64,000 nt of DNA from an uncultured virus (IMG/VR IMGVR_UViG_3300049259_000045). Taxonomy: Duplodnaviria; Heunggongvirae; Uroviricota; Caudoviricetes. Shown one piece after another: positions 35,193 through 45,227 of the stretch. The stretch lies in the IMG/VR virus record IMGVR_UViG_3300049259_000045; one strand, written 5' to 3'. The notes under the pieces were generated by a model. It was not told the DNA's origin. It worked only from the letters and a program-made list of their open reading frames with translations, and did not search any database. Within the stretch, counting starts at the first letter, position 1. Each line of letters begins with the position of its first letter. Position numbers and translations under genes: made by a program.

Positions 35193-38100
35193 ATCCTAAT
35201 GTGAGTACCGGCAGCAGGCAGTATTCGAGTAGCTACCCGCTTGCCCAGTTTGTCGACCAGGGCGTCCATGTCGCGGTCGGACATTACCTGACTGCCTCGT
35301 AGGTCGAAGTAGACGTTGCCCCCTCCAGCTTGCTGAGACGTGCTCATGTACGGAAGTCCGGCGGTAGTCTTGACAGCGTTACCCAACAGTGTGGGAACCA
35401 CCTGCTTGGATCGGTCAGCCGCTGTCACCATGGACCCGGCCAGATCCGCTACGGCCTTGTTGGCGACTCCGGCAGCCTTCTGGACTCCCATCGCGATACC
35501 ACCCGGGATGTGCTTGCCTACCTGGTTTGCGAACACCTCGGACGGACTCTTGATACCCAGCGCCTTCTTGATAGCCTTTTCCATGCTCTTGGCTATTTTG
35601 AGCATCTGGGCTTCGATGGTCTTTTCTTGAGACTGCAGCCCCTTGACCAGACCCTTGGCCGAGGCGATTCCCGCGCTGTACATCGAGTTGGCAACAGCGG
35701 CCCCGGTAGCATTGGCTGCCGATTGCATGTTGGTCTGGGTCTTGTTCATCTGCTTGATCGTAGACGAATCGGCGTTGACCAGGGCTGCGGCGGTTGCCTC
35801 GCCTTGATCCACACCAGCTGCTGCGATCTGCTGGATGATTGCTGTCGACAGTCCCTTTTTGCGGAGTGTGGCCAGCTGCTGCGCGAACTTCTGCGCGTCG
35901 GCAGCCTGCTTCTTGTAGTTGGCCAGGATGTCGCCGGACGACAGCGGATTGAACTGGTCCACCGGCTGCATGATGACCGACGCGTTTTGCATGATGCTCG
36001 ACGCGACGCTGTTCTTCTCTTTGGTCCAGTCGGCTTGGAGGGTAGCGAGCTTGGACTTAGCGGCCTTAAGCTTGGTGGCCACACTGTCCCGCTGAGCAGC
36101 CAGCTTTCGCAGCTCGGTGTCTTCCCTCTTGGCGTACGACTGCAGCCGAGTCAGCTCAGCTTCGTTGTCCTTTATCCAGTCGCGGAGACCGGCGCCCTTC
36201 TTGCCCTGTGCGGCTGAAGTGGACAACATGTCTTGCAGCTTGTTCTTGGTCTCAGTCAGCAAGGTTTCTATCTTGCGGGTGGCGGTCTTGACCGAGGCGG
36301 TAGACCCGGTGATGCCATCTACCAGACCCTCATTGAGGTAGATGCCGAGCTGCCGGAACACCTTGCTCGGAGACGCGATACCCAGAGCCGAGGAAGTAGC
36401 TGCAACGGTGCTCTTGGCTACCTTGACGGCTGCGGCGGACACCAGATGCGCATTGCTGTCGATTCCACCCGCCATGCCCTGCGTGACCGGCAGGCCGACC
36501 TCTTGGGCGAACTTCTTCGACGGAGAGCCGATGCCGAGGAAGCTCTTGGCCGCGCTAAGGGCGCTCTTGGCCGCGCTCTTGGCCGCGCTGGCGACAGAGC
36601 CCACTCCGTTTTCGATGCCCTTGACGATTCCGTCGATGATGGCCTTGCCGACCGACAGAAACTGACCGGCCGTGGTCTTGGCCGCCGACAACGCGTCACT
36701 GAGCTTGCCCTTGATGGACTTGGCAATGTTGCCGCCGATGGTGGTGACAGTATGCCAAGCCGAGGTGAGCGGGTTGATGATGGCGGTCTTGATCCCGCTC
36801 CATGCGGAACTGGCTGCACCCTTGATGCTGTTCCAGATTCCGGACAGATACGGTCTGACCGCGTTCCAAATCGACTTGAGAACGCCCCATGCAGACTCGA
36901 TCGGCTGGATTATCACCAGCTTGATTCCCAGCCACAAAGCCCGAGCTGTGCTCTCGATTCCCTTCCATATGGTCGAGAAGAACGACTTGATACCATTCCA
37001 GGCGGCTTTAGCTGTTCCCGTTATCTGCTCGTGGAAGTGGTTCCACGTAGCCAGCAGGATTGCTATCGGCAACGCGAAGATTACCAGTAGCAGGGGCCAC
37101 CACTTGGCAAAGAAGTCCTTGATGGCGTTCCAAGCCGTGGAGGTCGCGCTGGACACCGCATCCCACGCGGACACTAGCGCATGCCACACCGCCATTGCGG
37201 CCATCACAACCGCGTTCCAAGCGGTAGCCAGGGCTCGGCCGGTGGCGTCTGCTGCCGTAACGATGGCTGCCCAAGCAACTTCAAGGGCGTGCCACATGTC
37301 CACAACCGCTGTCTTAACCGCACTGAACACGGCCTTGACGATGGCTCGGAACTTGTCGAAGTGCATGTAGGCGTAGATCAGACCGGCCACGATCATCGCT
37401 ACCAGGATGATGATTTCGGCCAGCCCGCTGGCCTCCATCTCGCCAGCGAATATGCCCATCACGATATCGAGGGCGCCCATAGCCAACGCCCATGCCTTGA
37501 TGGCGATGACAGCGGCTGCGGCTCCTCCGGCTACTGCCAGAATCAGGCCAGCCATCTTTTGGTGCTGACCTATCCAAGTAGCCATCGGTCCGAGAACGTC
37601 GGTGATGGCTACTACGACAGCCTGAGCCGCCGGGAGCAGAATGGTACCGATCTCGATACCGGCGGTGCTGACCGACGCCTTAAGTACGTCCATCTTCTGA
37701 TTGAACGTGCCTTGGATTTTGTCCCAGTCTTCGACGTGCTTGCCGCCCTTGGTGGCAGCCTCGGAAATCTTGTCGGTGGCGTTCTTGAATTCCTCCATCC
37801 GGCCACCGGTGATCATCAGCGAGGTGTTCAGGCCGGTAGCGCCACCGAGCAGCTTGGACATTGCGGCGTTGTAGGTCTGAGCCGCCGGGCTGCCGCCCTT
37901 AAGCATGTCGTTAAAGCTATGCGTCTTGTTGGCCAGCGTGCCGAACTGCGACATCATCGACGCCTGAATAGGCGGCAACGTCTTGAGTTCCTTGCGCCAG
38001 TTACCGAGCGATGTGGTACCGTTCAGATAGCCGGTAGCCAGCTTCTGCAAGCTGGGAGGCATCGCCTTGATCATGGTATCGGCGTTGGCTGCTGCCTGCT

Positions 38101-39397
38101 TAGACGCGTTGAACGTCGAGATAAGAACCTCGCCGCCCTTGGTGTGGGTGGCAACCGCGTTGGTCAGGATTTCCAGCGTTCCGGTGAGACCTCGTTTGCC
38201 GAGGTTCTTCGACAGGTCGTTGGAGTTGAGCCCGAGGTTCTGCATTTCCTTGATGGCCACGTTATTCGGGTTGGACAGCGCCCGAATGGTGTTGGCCAGG
38301 TCCTGCGATGCCTGCTGCGCCGACATGTTCTGCGCGGTCATGGTGGCCATAGCGCCACCGACCTGAGCGAACTTGAGGCCAGCGGCTGCGGCCAGCGGAG
38401 CGACGTTGCCCAGCGAGCTGGCCAGGTCCTGCATCCGCATGTCGCCTGCCGCCGTGGTGGCGATCAGCTGGTTCATCATGTTGACGGCTTGGTCACCAGC
38501 CATGCCGTACGAGTTCATCGTTCCGGTAAGCGTCTTGCCTACCGTGTCGAAGTCTGCTCCACCGACCTTGGCGCCCTCTGCGGCCACCTTGAGGATGTTC
38601 AGACCAGCTGCACCGTGGTACCCGGAAGACTCGATGTGGTACATCGAGTTGCTCAAGTCCATGGCGGTGGTGCCGGTGGCTATGGAGATCTGCAGGATGC
38701 CCTTTTGAACCATAGCCAGGTTCTTTTGGGCTTCGCCAGCGTCCGTGACCAAGTGCTGGGTAGACGATTGGAAGTCACCGGCGGCTTTGACAGATATTAC
38801 CGCGATAGCAGCCGCTGCCACTGCGGCAACCGTGGCGGCTTTGCTCATCTTGCCCAACATGCCCGCCGAGGCAGCCGCCGACCCGCCCACCCGAGCGTTT
38901 GCCGCTGCAGTGGCGTCGGCTGCTGCGGTGGCCTCTCCGTTAGCTGCCGCTGCAGCTCGGGCTACCTCACCCTGACGGGCTTCGGCCGCGCTGGCTCCGG
39001 TGGTGGCTTTGGCCAGCTCTCGTTGGGCCGCGTTGAGTTCTTCGAGAGAGGCCACCAGAGCATGTTGCGCCGCAGCGTCAGACCCACCCGCATCTGCGGA
39101 AGCTGCTTGAGCCTCCATCAGCTTACGTTCGGCGTTGGCTGCCGTGTCGGTGGCCATGGTCAGTTTGGCGCGAGCTGCGCTTAGCTGGGTGGCAGCCAGC
39201 TCAGCCGCGTCGGTACCGGACGCGGTCTGCAGCAGGCTTTCGTCTATTGCAGCTCCAGCAACCTGAGCCGCGTCAGCCGCTCTCACCGCCGAGTCGGACA
39301 GGCCGGTTAGGGCCCCTTCCACTCGACCGATGACAGCGGCTGCGCGGTCTCGGGCCTCCAGTACTGCCAGGATCGTAAATTCCTCAACCCCGGCCAC
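35189..39397 (-). CDS. Tape measure protein
   Basis: 1402 aa, Ala-rich helical, Trp-spaced repeats, TM segment, three LGIxSPS motifs. Confidence 0.9.
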   Translation of the reverse strand: MAGVEEFTILAVLEARDRAAAVIGRVEGALTGLSDSAVRAADAAQVAGAAIDESLLQTASGTDAAELAATQLSAARAKLTMATDTAANAERKLMEAQAASADAGGSDAAAQHALVASLEELNAAQRELAKATTGASAAEARQGEVARAAAAANGEATAAADATAAANARVGGSAAASAGMLGKMSKAATVAAVAAAAIAVISVKAAGDFQSSTQHLVTDAGEAQKNLAMVQKGILQISIATGTTAMDLSNSMYHIESSGYHGAAGLNILKVAAEGAKVGGADFDTVGKTLTGTMNSYGMAGDQAVNMMNQLIATTAAGDMRMQDLASSLGNVAPLAAAAGLKFAQVGGAMATMTAQNMSAQQASQDLANTIRALSNPNNVAIKEMQNLGLNSNDLSKNLGKRGLTGTLEILTNAVATHTKGGEVLISTFNASKQAAANADTMIKAMPPSLQKLATGYLNGTTSLGNWRKELKTLPPIQASMMSQFGTLANKTHSFNDMLKGGSPAAQTYNAAMSKLLGGATGLNTSLMITGGRMEEFKNATDKISEAATKGGKHVEDWDKIQGTFNQKMDVLKASVSTAGIEIGTILLPAAQAVVVAITDVLGPMATWIGQHQKMAGLILAVAGGAAAAVIAIKAWALAMGALDIVMGIFAGEMEASGLAEIIILVAMIVAGLIYAYMHFDKFRAIVKAVFSAVKTAVVDMWHALEVAWAAIVTAADATGRALATAWNAVVMAAMAVWHALVSAWDAVSSATSTAWNAIKDFFAKWWPLLLVIFALPIAILLATWNHFHEQITGTAKAAWNGIKSFFSTIWKGIESTARALWLGIKLVIIQPIESAWGVLKSIWNAVRPYLSGIWNSIKGAASSAWSGIKTAIINPLTSAWHTVTTIGGNIAKSIKGKLSDALSAAKTTAGQFLSVGKAIIDGIVKGIENGVGSVASAAKSAAKSALSAAKSFLGIGSPSKKFAQEVGLPVTQGMAGGIDSNAHLVSAAAVKVAKSTVAATSSALGIASPSKVFRQLGIYLNEGLVDGITGSTASVKTATRKIETLLTETKNKLQDMLSTSAAQGKKGAGLRDWIKDNEAELTRLQSYAKREDTELRKLAAQRDSVATKLKAAKSKLATLQADWTKEKNSVASSIMQNASVIMQPVDQFNPLSSGDILANYKKQAADAQKFAQQLATLRKKGLSTAIIQQIAAAGVDQGEATAAALVNADSSTIKQMNKTQTNMQSAANATGAAVANSMYSAGIASAKGLVKGLQSQEKTIEAQMLKIAKSMEKAIKKALGIKSPSEVFANQVGKHIPGGIAMGVQKAAGVANKAVADLAGSMVTAADRSKQVVPTLLGNAVKTTAGLPYMSTSQQAGGGNVYFDLRGSQVMSDRDMDALVDKLGKRVATRILPAAGTHIRM

Positions 39398-39626
39398 TGG
39401 GCTGCGCCCTTCTGGCGTTCTGCGCCTTCTCTTCCCTGACGATTAGCTCGATATAAAGCAGATAATCCTCCACTTCTCGCCAGGGTCGGCGTTCTAGATC
39501 CTCACGCTTGAGGCCCAGTCGCTTCCATATTTCGGCCTCCAGCAAGAACGTGCCCAGCGACAACGGAGTTTGTTCCCCGCTTGTCCCCATCCGAATTGCT
39601 GCGTTCGCCCTCAGGACGAAAGTCAC
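39384..39626 (-). CDS. Tail assembly chaperone, frameshifted C-terminal part (gpT-like)
   Basis: Overlaps the TAC gene in the +1 frame and ends at the tape measure start. Confidence 0.6.
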   Translation of the reverse strand: MTFVLRANAAIRMGTSGEQTPLSLGTFLLEAEIWKRLGLKREDLERRPWREVEDYLLYIELIVREEKAQNARRAQPSGRG

Positions 39627-39981
39627 GCCGCTCAGCTGCCTTGACAGGCTCGTTGAACTTGTTGATCAGATCGAAGATCCGGTCGAACTCGATGCCCGGA
39701 AGTCGTTTCACGTTCCCCAACGTGACCGGCCAGATGGTGCCGTCCTCCTCGTCCAGGTTCCAGGCGATGATGGACGCCAGAACCATTTCGAGTCGGTAGG
39801 TGGCCGTGTCCATGTCGATCTGGACGCCCTGGCCAGGGTCCATCCGGCCGTTGGTGAGAGCGCGTTCGGCGTGCTCCTTGTCGCCCTGTGACAGCACCTT
39901 CTTGAGTTCGACCCAGTACCGGCCGTCCTCGTCAAGGGTGTGACGGTAGGTGTCGGAGTACGCGGACAGAAAACCGGGCAT
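39502..39981 (-). CDS. Tail assembly chaperone (gpG-like)
   Basis: Between major tail and tape measure; IIAWNL motif. Confidence 0.75.
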   Translation of the reverse strand: MPGFLSAYSDTYRHTLDEDGRYWVELKKVLSQGDKEHAERALTNGRMDPGQGVQIDMDTATYRLEMVLASIIAWNLDEEDGTIWPVTLGNVKRLPGIEFDRIFDLINKFNEPVKAAERRDFRPEGERSNSDGDKRGTNSVVAGHVLAGGRNMEATGPQA

Positions 39982-39999
39982 CGCTGCCTCTTCCTTGGA

Positions 40000-41226
40000 C
40001 TAGTAAGGCAGGTACACCGAGTTGGTGACGATTGCCTTGATGGTGTACTGGCTGTTGCCGCTCAGAGGGCGACTGGCCTCGTAGGTAAGCGTGGACATGA
40101 CCACGTCGTCCACCTTGAGGTCGTTCGCGAACTTGCTGAGCGCGATCTGCGGCATCAGGATCTCGATGGTTCCACCGCTGGCAGGGTGCACCAAGGTGAA
40201 GTCCAGGGCGCCGAGGGTGCCGTTGGCCATCCGGTTGAAGTCGCCGTAGGTGGAGTCGTTCAGGCTGTCGAACACCACGTCGATCGCGCCGCTGGTGTGC
40301 AGCGTGAGCGGAGTGAGGTAAGACGGCCCGTGCTGATTCGAGTAGGTGTAAGTTTCCTTGACACCGTTCTCGATGCTGATCGAGACGTTGCTGGTCTCGG
40401 TCCGCAGGGTGTTGTAGATGGTGAGGTTCGCCTCGGCGAACACGTAGGGCATCTCATCCACGACCGTGATCGGCGTGGGTGTGTTCATCACCGCGACCGA
40501 GCGGCCCATAACGTCGGCGGTCATTTCGACCGCCGTGTTGCCCACCGGCGCCTTGAGATCGAACTTGTTCACCCGGCAGCCAGCGAACTGGAGGGACTGG
40601 AATCCGCCGATGTTCTTCTCGACCGTGAGCGAGGCGATCGTGTTCTGTTGCAGGATCGTGTGAACGTAGGGAGCCGTCACGATCTTGACCGCAGCCGCAG
40701 CCAAGTGACCGTACGTGAACGCGACATCAACGGTACCGTTCACCCCCGTAAGGGTGGCGATCTTGCGGACCTCGGAGGTGGTCGTCGGTCCGGCGCCGTT
40801 GACATCCACCTGGATGATGGAGCCGATGGAATAGCCGGTAGCCGAAGTCAGCACGAACGCGGTAGATGCGGCGGTGATGCCGGGTGCCGCCAGCGTGGTG
40901 GCCGAAGTCGATCCGGTGCCGGTGACGCCCGTACCGGCTACGTTGTCCGCGCCGATCGAGGACACCACAAGTTCCATGGCGTTCGACGGGAAGATCGGAC
41001 CTGTGATGGCTCCGGCGAACTTCGCCTCGCCGTACAGGTTGTAGATCTGCTTGTCACGAACGCCCTGCATCAGCGACGGAGAGAACCAACCGGGGTCCTC
41101 TTCCAGCGTGTTGGAGGCCATCGGCAGGAACGTATTGGCAGTAACGGGCGTGCCAAACACGGTCTCCACGGCCAGGCCGGTTGCGGAAAGGGAACCGTAC
41201 TTCTCTGCGAACGAAGGAAATGCCAC
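40000..41226 (-). CDS. Major tail tube protein
   Basis: GLAVETVFGTPV, SLTVEK, FAGCRVN. Confidence 0.8.
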   Translation of the reverse strand: MAFPSFAEKYGSLSATGLAVETVFGTPVTANTFLPMASNTLEEDPGWFSPSLMQGVRDKQIYNLYGEAKFAGAITGPIFPSNAMELVVSSIGADNVAGTGVTGTGSTSATTLAAPGITAASTAFVLTSATGYSIGSIIQVDVNGAGPTTTSEVRKIATLTGVNGTVDVAFTYGHLAAAAVKIVTAPYVHTILQQNTIASLTVEKNIGGFQSLQFAGCRVNKFDLKAPVGNTAVEMTADVMGRSVAVMNTPTPITVVDEMPYVFAEANLTIYNTLRTETSNVSISIENGVKETYTYSNQHGPSYLTPLTLHTSGAIDVVFDSLNDSTYGDFNRMANGTLGALDFTLVHPASGGTIEILMPQIALSKFANDLKVDDVVMSTLTYEASRPLSGNSQYTIKAIVTNSVYLPY

Positions 41227-41244
41227 AGACCTCCTCAGCGGTCG

Positions 41245-41589
41245 TTACTTGGCGGTGTCGTCAGCGGGAACGTCGCTGTCGGCGGTCTTGGTGGTTGTGG
41301 TAGCCCGCTTCTTGGGTGCGGTCTTGGCCGGAGTGGTATCGTCCTGAACTTCCGTGGGGGTTTCCTCGGCCTCGGAGGCGTCCGCCGGGCTTTCGTCCGT
41401 CTCCTCGGTCTCGATGGCGAGGAGAGCCGCGTCTTCCTCGTTCACCAGCTCGATGTCCTTACGGCTCATGAACGCCCGAGCCTGATCCAGGTCTTCCACC
41501 CAGAACTCATCGCCCGGATTCAGCTCGCCAACGGGCGGAGCCAGGAACGATACCGTGCCCGCCCCGATGTACCGCAGTTCCACGGTCAT
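41245..41589 (-). CDS. Hypothetical acidic protein
   Basis: Coupled ORF. Confidence 0.55.
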   Translation of the reverse strand: MTVELRYIGAGTVSFLAPPVGELNPGDEFWVEDLDQARAFMSRKDIELVNEEDAALLAIETEETDESPADASEAEETPTEVQDDTTPAKTAPKKRATTTTKTADSDVPADDTAK

Positions 41590-42044
41590 CCTCTCCTCAT
41601 GTCGCTGATAATGGCCTCGCGGTACCGCTGCTGAATGTAAGGCATCATCGGCAACAGAGCCTTGCGAGGAAACGGGTTGGGCTGAGTGCCAGGGTGGTTA
41701 ACCCTGCGCCGGAACACGTCGCCGTTCGGACCAGTCCAGTGCAGCACCTTGGCAGCCCTGGCTTCGATCACGTGGGGAGGGGTTCCGTCTATCACGAACT
41801 TGGCGTACGGAGTGTGCGCGGTGAATGTCACTGTTATCCCGCTGCCGATTGCCGTAGTTCTCTTGTACTTGACGCTGTCCCGAAGCCTACCCCCGCTAGG
41901 CCCTTTGCCTACCGGAGTCTTGGCTTTGATAGCGGATCGTCCGGCCGGTCCGATCTCGTCGGCCCACCGGACCGCAGCCCTGGCCCATTGGAACCTCAGG
42001 AGGGGATCGTTGTCTCTGCCGGTCACCGACACTCTGAGAGTCAT
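41586..42044 (-). CDS. HK97 gp10-like tail completion protein
   Basis: TPV...GRLRDS...YAKFVIDGT.PH.I...VNHPGT.PNPF. Confidence 0.75.
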   Translation of the reverse strand: MTLRVSVTGRDNDPLLRFQWARAAVRWADEIGPAGRSAIKAKTPVGKGPSGGRLRDSVKYKRTTAIGSGITVTFTAHTPYAKFVIDGTPPHVIEARAAKVLHWTGPNGDVFRRRVNHPGTQPNPFPRKALLPMMPYIQQRYREAIISDMRRG

Positions 42045-42520
42045 CCCTGTACCGCCTCGTACACGTCAAGCCCGATGCGCGCTGTGTAGTACAGCATCCG
42101 CAACGTGGACGGGGTTCGCTCCGGCGGATACTCCAGCTCGAAATCCTCGCCGATGGCCAGGACCTGCGATATAACCCCGGTGGTGGGGTCGGTGATGAAC
42201 AACGGCATTACGGTGGTCCATGTCTTGGCCATCACCGCGTCAATGATCAGGGCAAATTCCTGATCTACCGTCGGGCTGTCCGGCACAGTCTCCCAAGACA
42301 GGTAGACGTCCACCACCCAGTTAAGTCTCTTGAACCCAGGACCGCGAGGAGCGGTTTGGCGTTGACCCCGGAGTCTAGCTCCCCAGATGTACGCCTTGGG
42401 CCTGTCCAGGTCCTCCAGAGTGGGAGGCGTGACGTACGCTTCCAAGTTCTTGTCGAGAGCCGGTATGGGTAGGTCAGCCAACAAAGACTGCACGTACAGT
42501 TGAACCGAGTTGAGTGGCAT
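42041..42520 (-). CDS. Tail terminator / neck protein
   Basis: Position and size. Confidence 0.55.
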   Translation of the reverse strand: MPLNSVQLYVQSLLADLPIPALDKNLEAYVTPPTLEDLDRPKAYIWGARLRGQRQTAPRGPGFKRLNWVVDVYLSWETVPDSPTVDQEFALIIDAVMAKTWTTVMPLFITDPTTGVISQVLAIGEDFELEYPPERTPSTLRMLYYTARIGLDVYEAVQG

Positions 42521-43497
42521 CAGATCACCCGACGGTACGGCCCGAGAATGTTTTTGTACTCGGTTTTCAAGTCGTCTACCCCATGGCCGCCCAAAGTCTC
42601 CGAGCCAGGCAGATTCTGGATGGAAACCGACGTTATGCCCGCTTCCAGGGCCTGGCTAGTCGCTGCCAGCACCGACGCCCACAGAATGTCTTGCGGCACT
42701 GACGACACCACCACCCCCACACCATGCTCAGCCGTAAGAGCCGTAGGGAGAGTCAACGTACCCGGACCGGCTGGCGCCGTCCCGCCGTTGTTGGGTAGCA
42801 CCTTGAGCGTGGTGGCTGTCACAGACTGAGCTGTTATCACCTCGGTTTTGGACCCGTCATAGATGAACGCAGCCGCTCCGGCGAATCCGGTTACGTCGTC
42901 TACATGCAGTACGGTGTCCCCAGATTGTGCCTGCTCAGTGAGGCCAGCATGCGGCCATCCGTTGACGTACGTAGCGGACACTCGGTATCCGTTCCGACCA
43001 AGAGCCCAGCTTACTGAGCCCGGAGCCAGCAGGATCGATTGTCCACCCTCGCCCGCAGCAGACGGCGCGGTGGTTCCGTAAAGGCCGATTACCGGGTGTT
43101 CGATGTCGAACATACCGGCGCCAAGCTGGCTCCACCGCCGAGGGAATGAAGCGTTGGCGGACACCTGCACGGCCAGGATGTCAGTTACCGGCCACCGCTG
43201 CAGAATGTACCGAGCGTTTCCGGTGCCCTGCTCGATGGTTATCCGAAAATTCGGACCGGACTGCACCTCGGTATCAATCGTGGCTCGGATCACCTGATTG
43301 CAGTAACCATCAACCAACCCGGTGGCGCGCCAACAGATGTTGGTCTGTTCTGCTCGCTGTGCCTCGTCGGAAGCTTTGGGGAACGGGATGATGGACCACG
43401 AAACACCGGTTGGCGCGTCGTGAATCATGTCAGGCGTCACGTAGGGAGTAGCGATATGCCCTCCGTCTCCTCCAATATCCGGGCGCATCGAGTACAC
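42520..43497 (-). CDS. Head-to-tail adaptor (start uncertain)
   Basis: ATPYVTP...ATGLVDGYCNQ...VPQDI.WA...LGPYRR. Confidence 0.7.
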   Translation of the reverse strand: MYSMRPDIGGDGGHIATPYVTPDMIHDAPTGVSWSIIPFPKASDEAQRAEQTNICWRATGLVDGYCNQVIRATIDTEVQSGPNFRITIEQGTGNARYILQRWPVTDILAVQVSANASFPRRWSQLGAGMFDIEHPVIGLYGTTAPSAAGEGGQSILLAPGSVSWALGRNGYRVSATYVNGWPHAGLTEQAQSGDTVLHVDDVTGFAGAAAFIYDGSKTEVITAQSVTATTLKVLPNNGGTAPAGPGTLTLPTALTAEHGVGVVVSSVPQDILWASVLAATSQALEAGITSVSIQNLPGSETLGGHGVDDLKTEYKNILGPYRRVI

Positions 43498-43625
43498 AGC
43501 CAGCGCTCGTTGGTGGTGTCCCAGGTCCCGTGTTTGTCACAGAACAGCGACCGACAGTTTTCGCAGTTCCCTACGGGAGGACGACCTCGCTGAGGGCACA
43601 ACTTGCATGAGTGTCTACCTCGCAA
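43437..43625 (-). CDS. Small Cys-rich Zn-finger protein
   Basis: CxxC, CxxC, CxxH, CxxC. Confidence 0.5.
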   Translation of the reverse strand: MRGRHSCKLCPQRGRPPVGNCENCRSLFCDKHGTWDTTNERWLCTRCARILEETEGISLLPT

Positions 43626-43645
43626 CGGGCCGTCCTCCTGAGGTG

Positions 43646-44248
43646 TCAGCTACCGGCAGGCTTGCGCCGAGCCGGGGCAGGAGCGGCCTTCTTGACCGGA
43701 GCCTTGGGCGGGGTAGGCGTGGGTTCGGTCGGCACCTCGTCCTTGGGCGCGGAAACGTCCTCGGTGGGAACGATTTTCTTCGTTCCGGGAACCGGGTCGA
43801 GACCCACCAGCATCGACGCGCCGCACTCCGCGCAGAACTTGGCCCCTACCGGGTTCCGGTGTCCGCCGGGGCATTCCTCGGTGGTTGGCCCGACTCCGGA
43901 GACGTTGCCGCCGGTCATGATCGCGGCCAGCTGCTGGATGGCCATCGGTAGATCTCCCAATCCGGCCAGCTTCTGCAGGGCCTCAGCATTGGCGTCCTGC
44001 TGTTCTCGCTGACCGGCTCGTTGCTGAACCTCTCGGCGAGACTGCTCGTCCGGGGTCTCGGGCAGGTCGTCCGGGTGACTGGACCAGTGCGGGTCACTCC
44101 GAAGAATGTCCTCGCACGGACCGCAGGTCAATGCCCACATCTTGTCAGGCGCACCTTCGCGAACGGGTCGACTGTGGACTTCTCCACAACCTCCGTGCTG
44201 AGGTGTGATGGTGACGCTCATCAGGTCACTGCGAGCGTAAACAGTCAT
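43646..44248 (-). CDS. Zn-ribbon protein
   Basis: CGEVH, CGPC, CPGGH...FCAECG. Confidence 0.6.
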   Translation of the reverse strand: MTVYARSDLMSVTITPQHGGCGEVHSRPVREGAPDKMWALTCGPCEDILRSDPHWSSHPDDLPETPDEQSRREVQQRAGQREQQDANAEALQKLAGLGDLPMAIQQLAAIMTGGNVSGVGPTTEECPGGHRNPVGAKFCAECGASMLVGLDPVPGTKKIVPTEDVSAPKDEVPTEPTPTPPKAPVKKAAPAPARRKPAGS

Positions 44249-44277
44249 GACGCGCCCCCTTTCCTCTTAGTCAAGCG

Positions 44278-44556
44278 TTATATAACGCTGGTGGGTTCCC
44301 CGCAGCGGGGACAGGTGGTGTTCCAGGCGTTCCAGGTGCGGTTGCACGGTTCGCACCGCTGGCCCCTCTTGGTGCCAAAGGACTGAGACCCCTTGGCACT
44401 GACCAGGCCGGTGTCCCCGTACTGCCCGCTGTTGATGGCCGAGGCGTGCCGGTCTGATACGGTCACTGAGCCGCCGGGTTTGCCAGCGGTGTACTTGGTG
44501 CCGTCTTTGCAGTCAAGCCCGGAACACCCGGGGGGAAGCTGTACCTTAACACTCAT
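44278..44556 (-). CDS. Small Zn-ribbon protein
   Basis: CEPC...CPRCG; SD AAGGA. Confidence 0.55.
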   Translation of the reverse strand: MSVKVQLPPGCSGLDCKDGTKYTAGKPGGSVTVSDRHASAINSGQYGDTGLVSAKGSQSFGTKRGQRCEPCNRTWNAWNTTCPRCGEPTSVI

Positions 44557-44569
44557 CAGGATTAGTTCC

Positions 44570-45223
44570 TTACAGGAGCTGGCCGCTTGCAGTGCCCGCA
44601 GCCGAGGTGGCTCCACCGAACTTGAGTGTTAGTGTAGCCGCGCTAGTTCCAGCCACTACGGTTAGCGGGATAGTCACCGAATCAGCCAGGTTGGCAGCCA
44701 CAGTGGATGTTAGGGCCAGCTGAGCTACAACGGTGTTAGCCGCTGGGGACGCCGTAGACCCGGTTGTGACGATATTTGGACTGGAGGAAGTTCCAGTTGC
44801 CACCGTCAACGAGGCTGACAAGGCCACGGAGCCTACCCAGGTGCGGTTGGCCGGAATCGTTATCATAATACCATTGTCAGTGGAGGCAGTGCCAACCAAT
44901 ACGTTGGCTGCAGTCACCGAGGCAGGGTTAGTGGATACTGTTCCAGAAACCGGTTGAGTTCCTGTACCCACGTTAGCGGTAACGGTTCCGCTGACAGCTT
45001 GAGTGGCCGGGAAGTTGCTTACAGAAACCAGCCAAGACTGCGATCCAGCGGCACCCTGATCTACCGTTCCGCCGGAACCTCCGCCACCGGAACTGTTGGG
45101 GGACAGCGTTACTACCAACGCGTTGTCGGTAGACGCAGCAACCGCGCCATCTTGCTTGACCGCTACCTGGGTTCCGGCTCCATCCGTGATTTCAACGAAC
45201 TGGCCGGGTGTTTGCAGCGGCAT
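44570..45223 (-). CDS. Virion structural protein
   Basis: Thr/Ser/Ala/Val-rich; VSGTV repeats. Confidence 0.6.
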   Translation of the reverse strand: MPLQTPGQFVEITDGAGTQVAVKQDGAVAASTDNALVVTLSPNSSGGGGSGGTVDQGAAGSQSWLVSVSNFPATQAVSGTVTANVGTGTQPVSGTVSTNPASVTAANVLVGTASTDNGIMITIPANRTWVGSVALSASLTVATGTSSSPNIVTTGSTASPAANTVVAQLALTSTVAANLADSVTIPLTVVAGTSAATLTLKFGGATSAAGTASGQLL

Positions 45224-45227
45224 CGGG

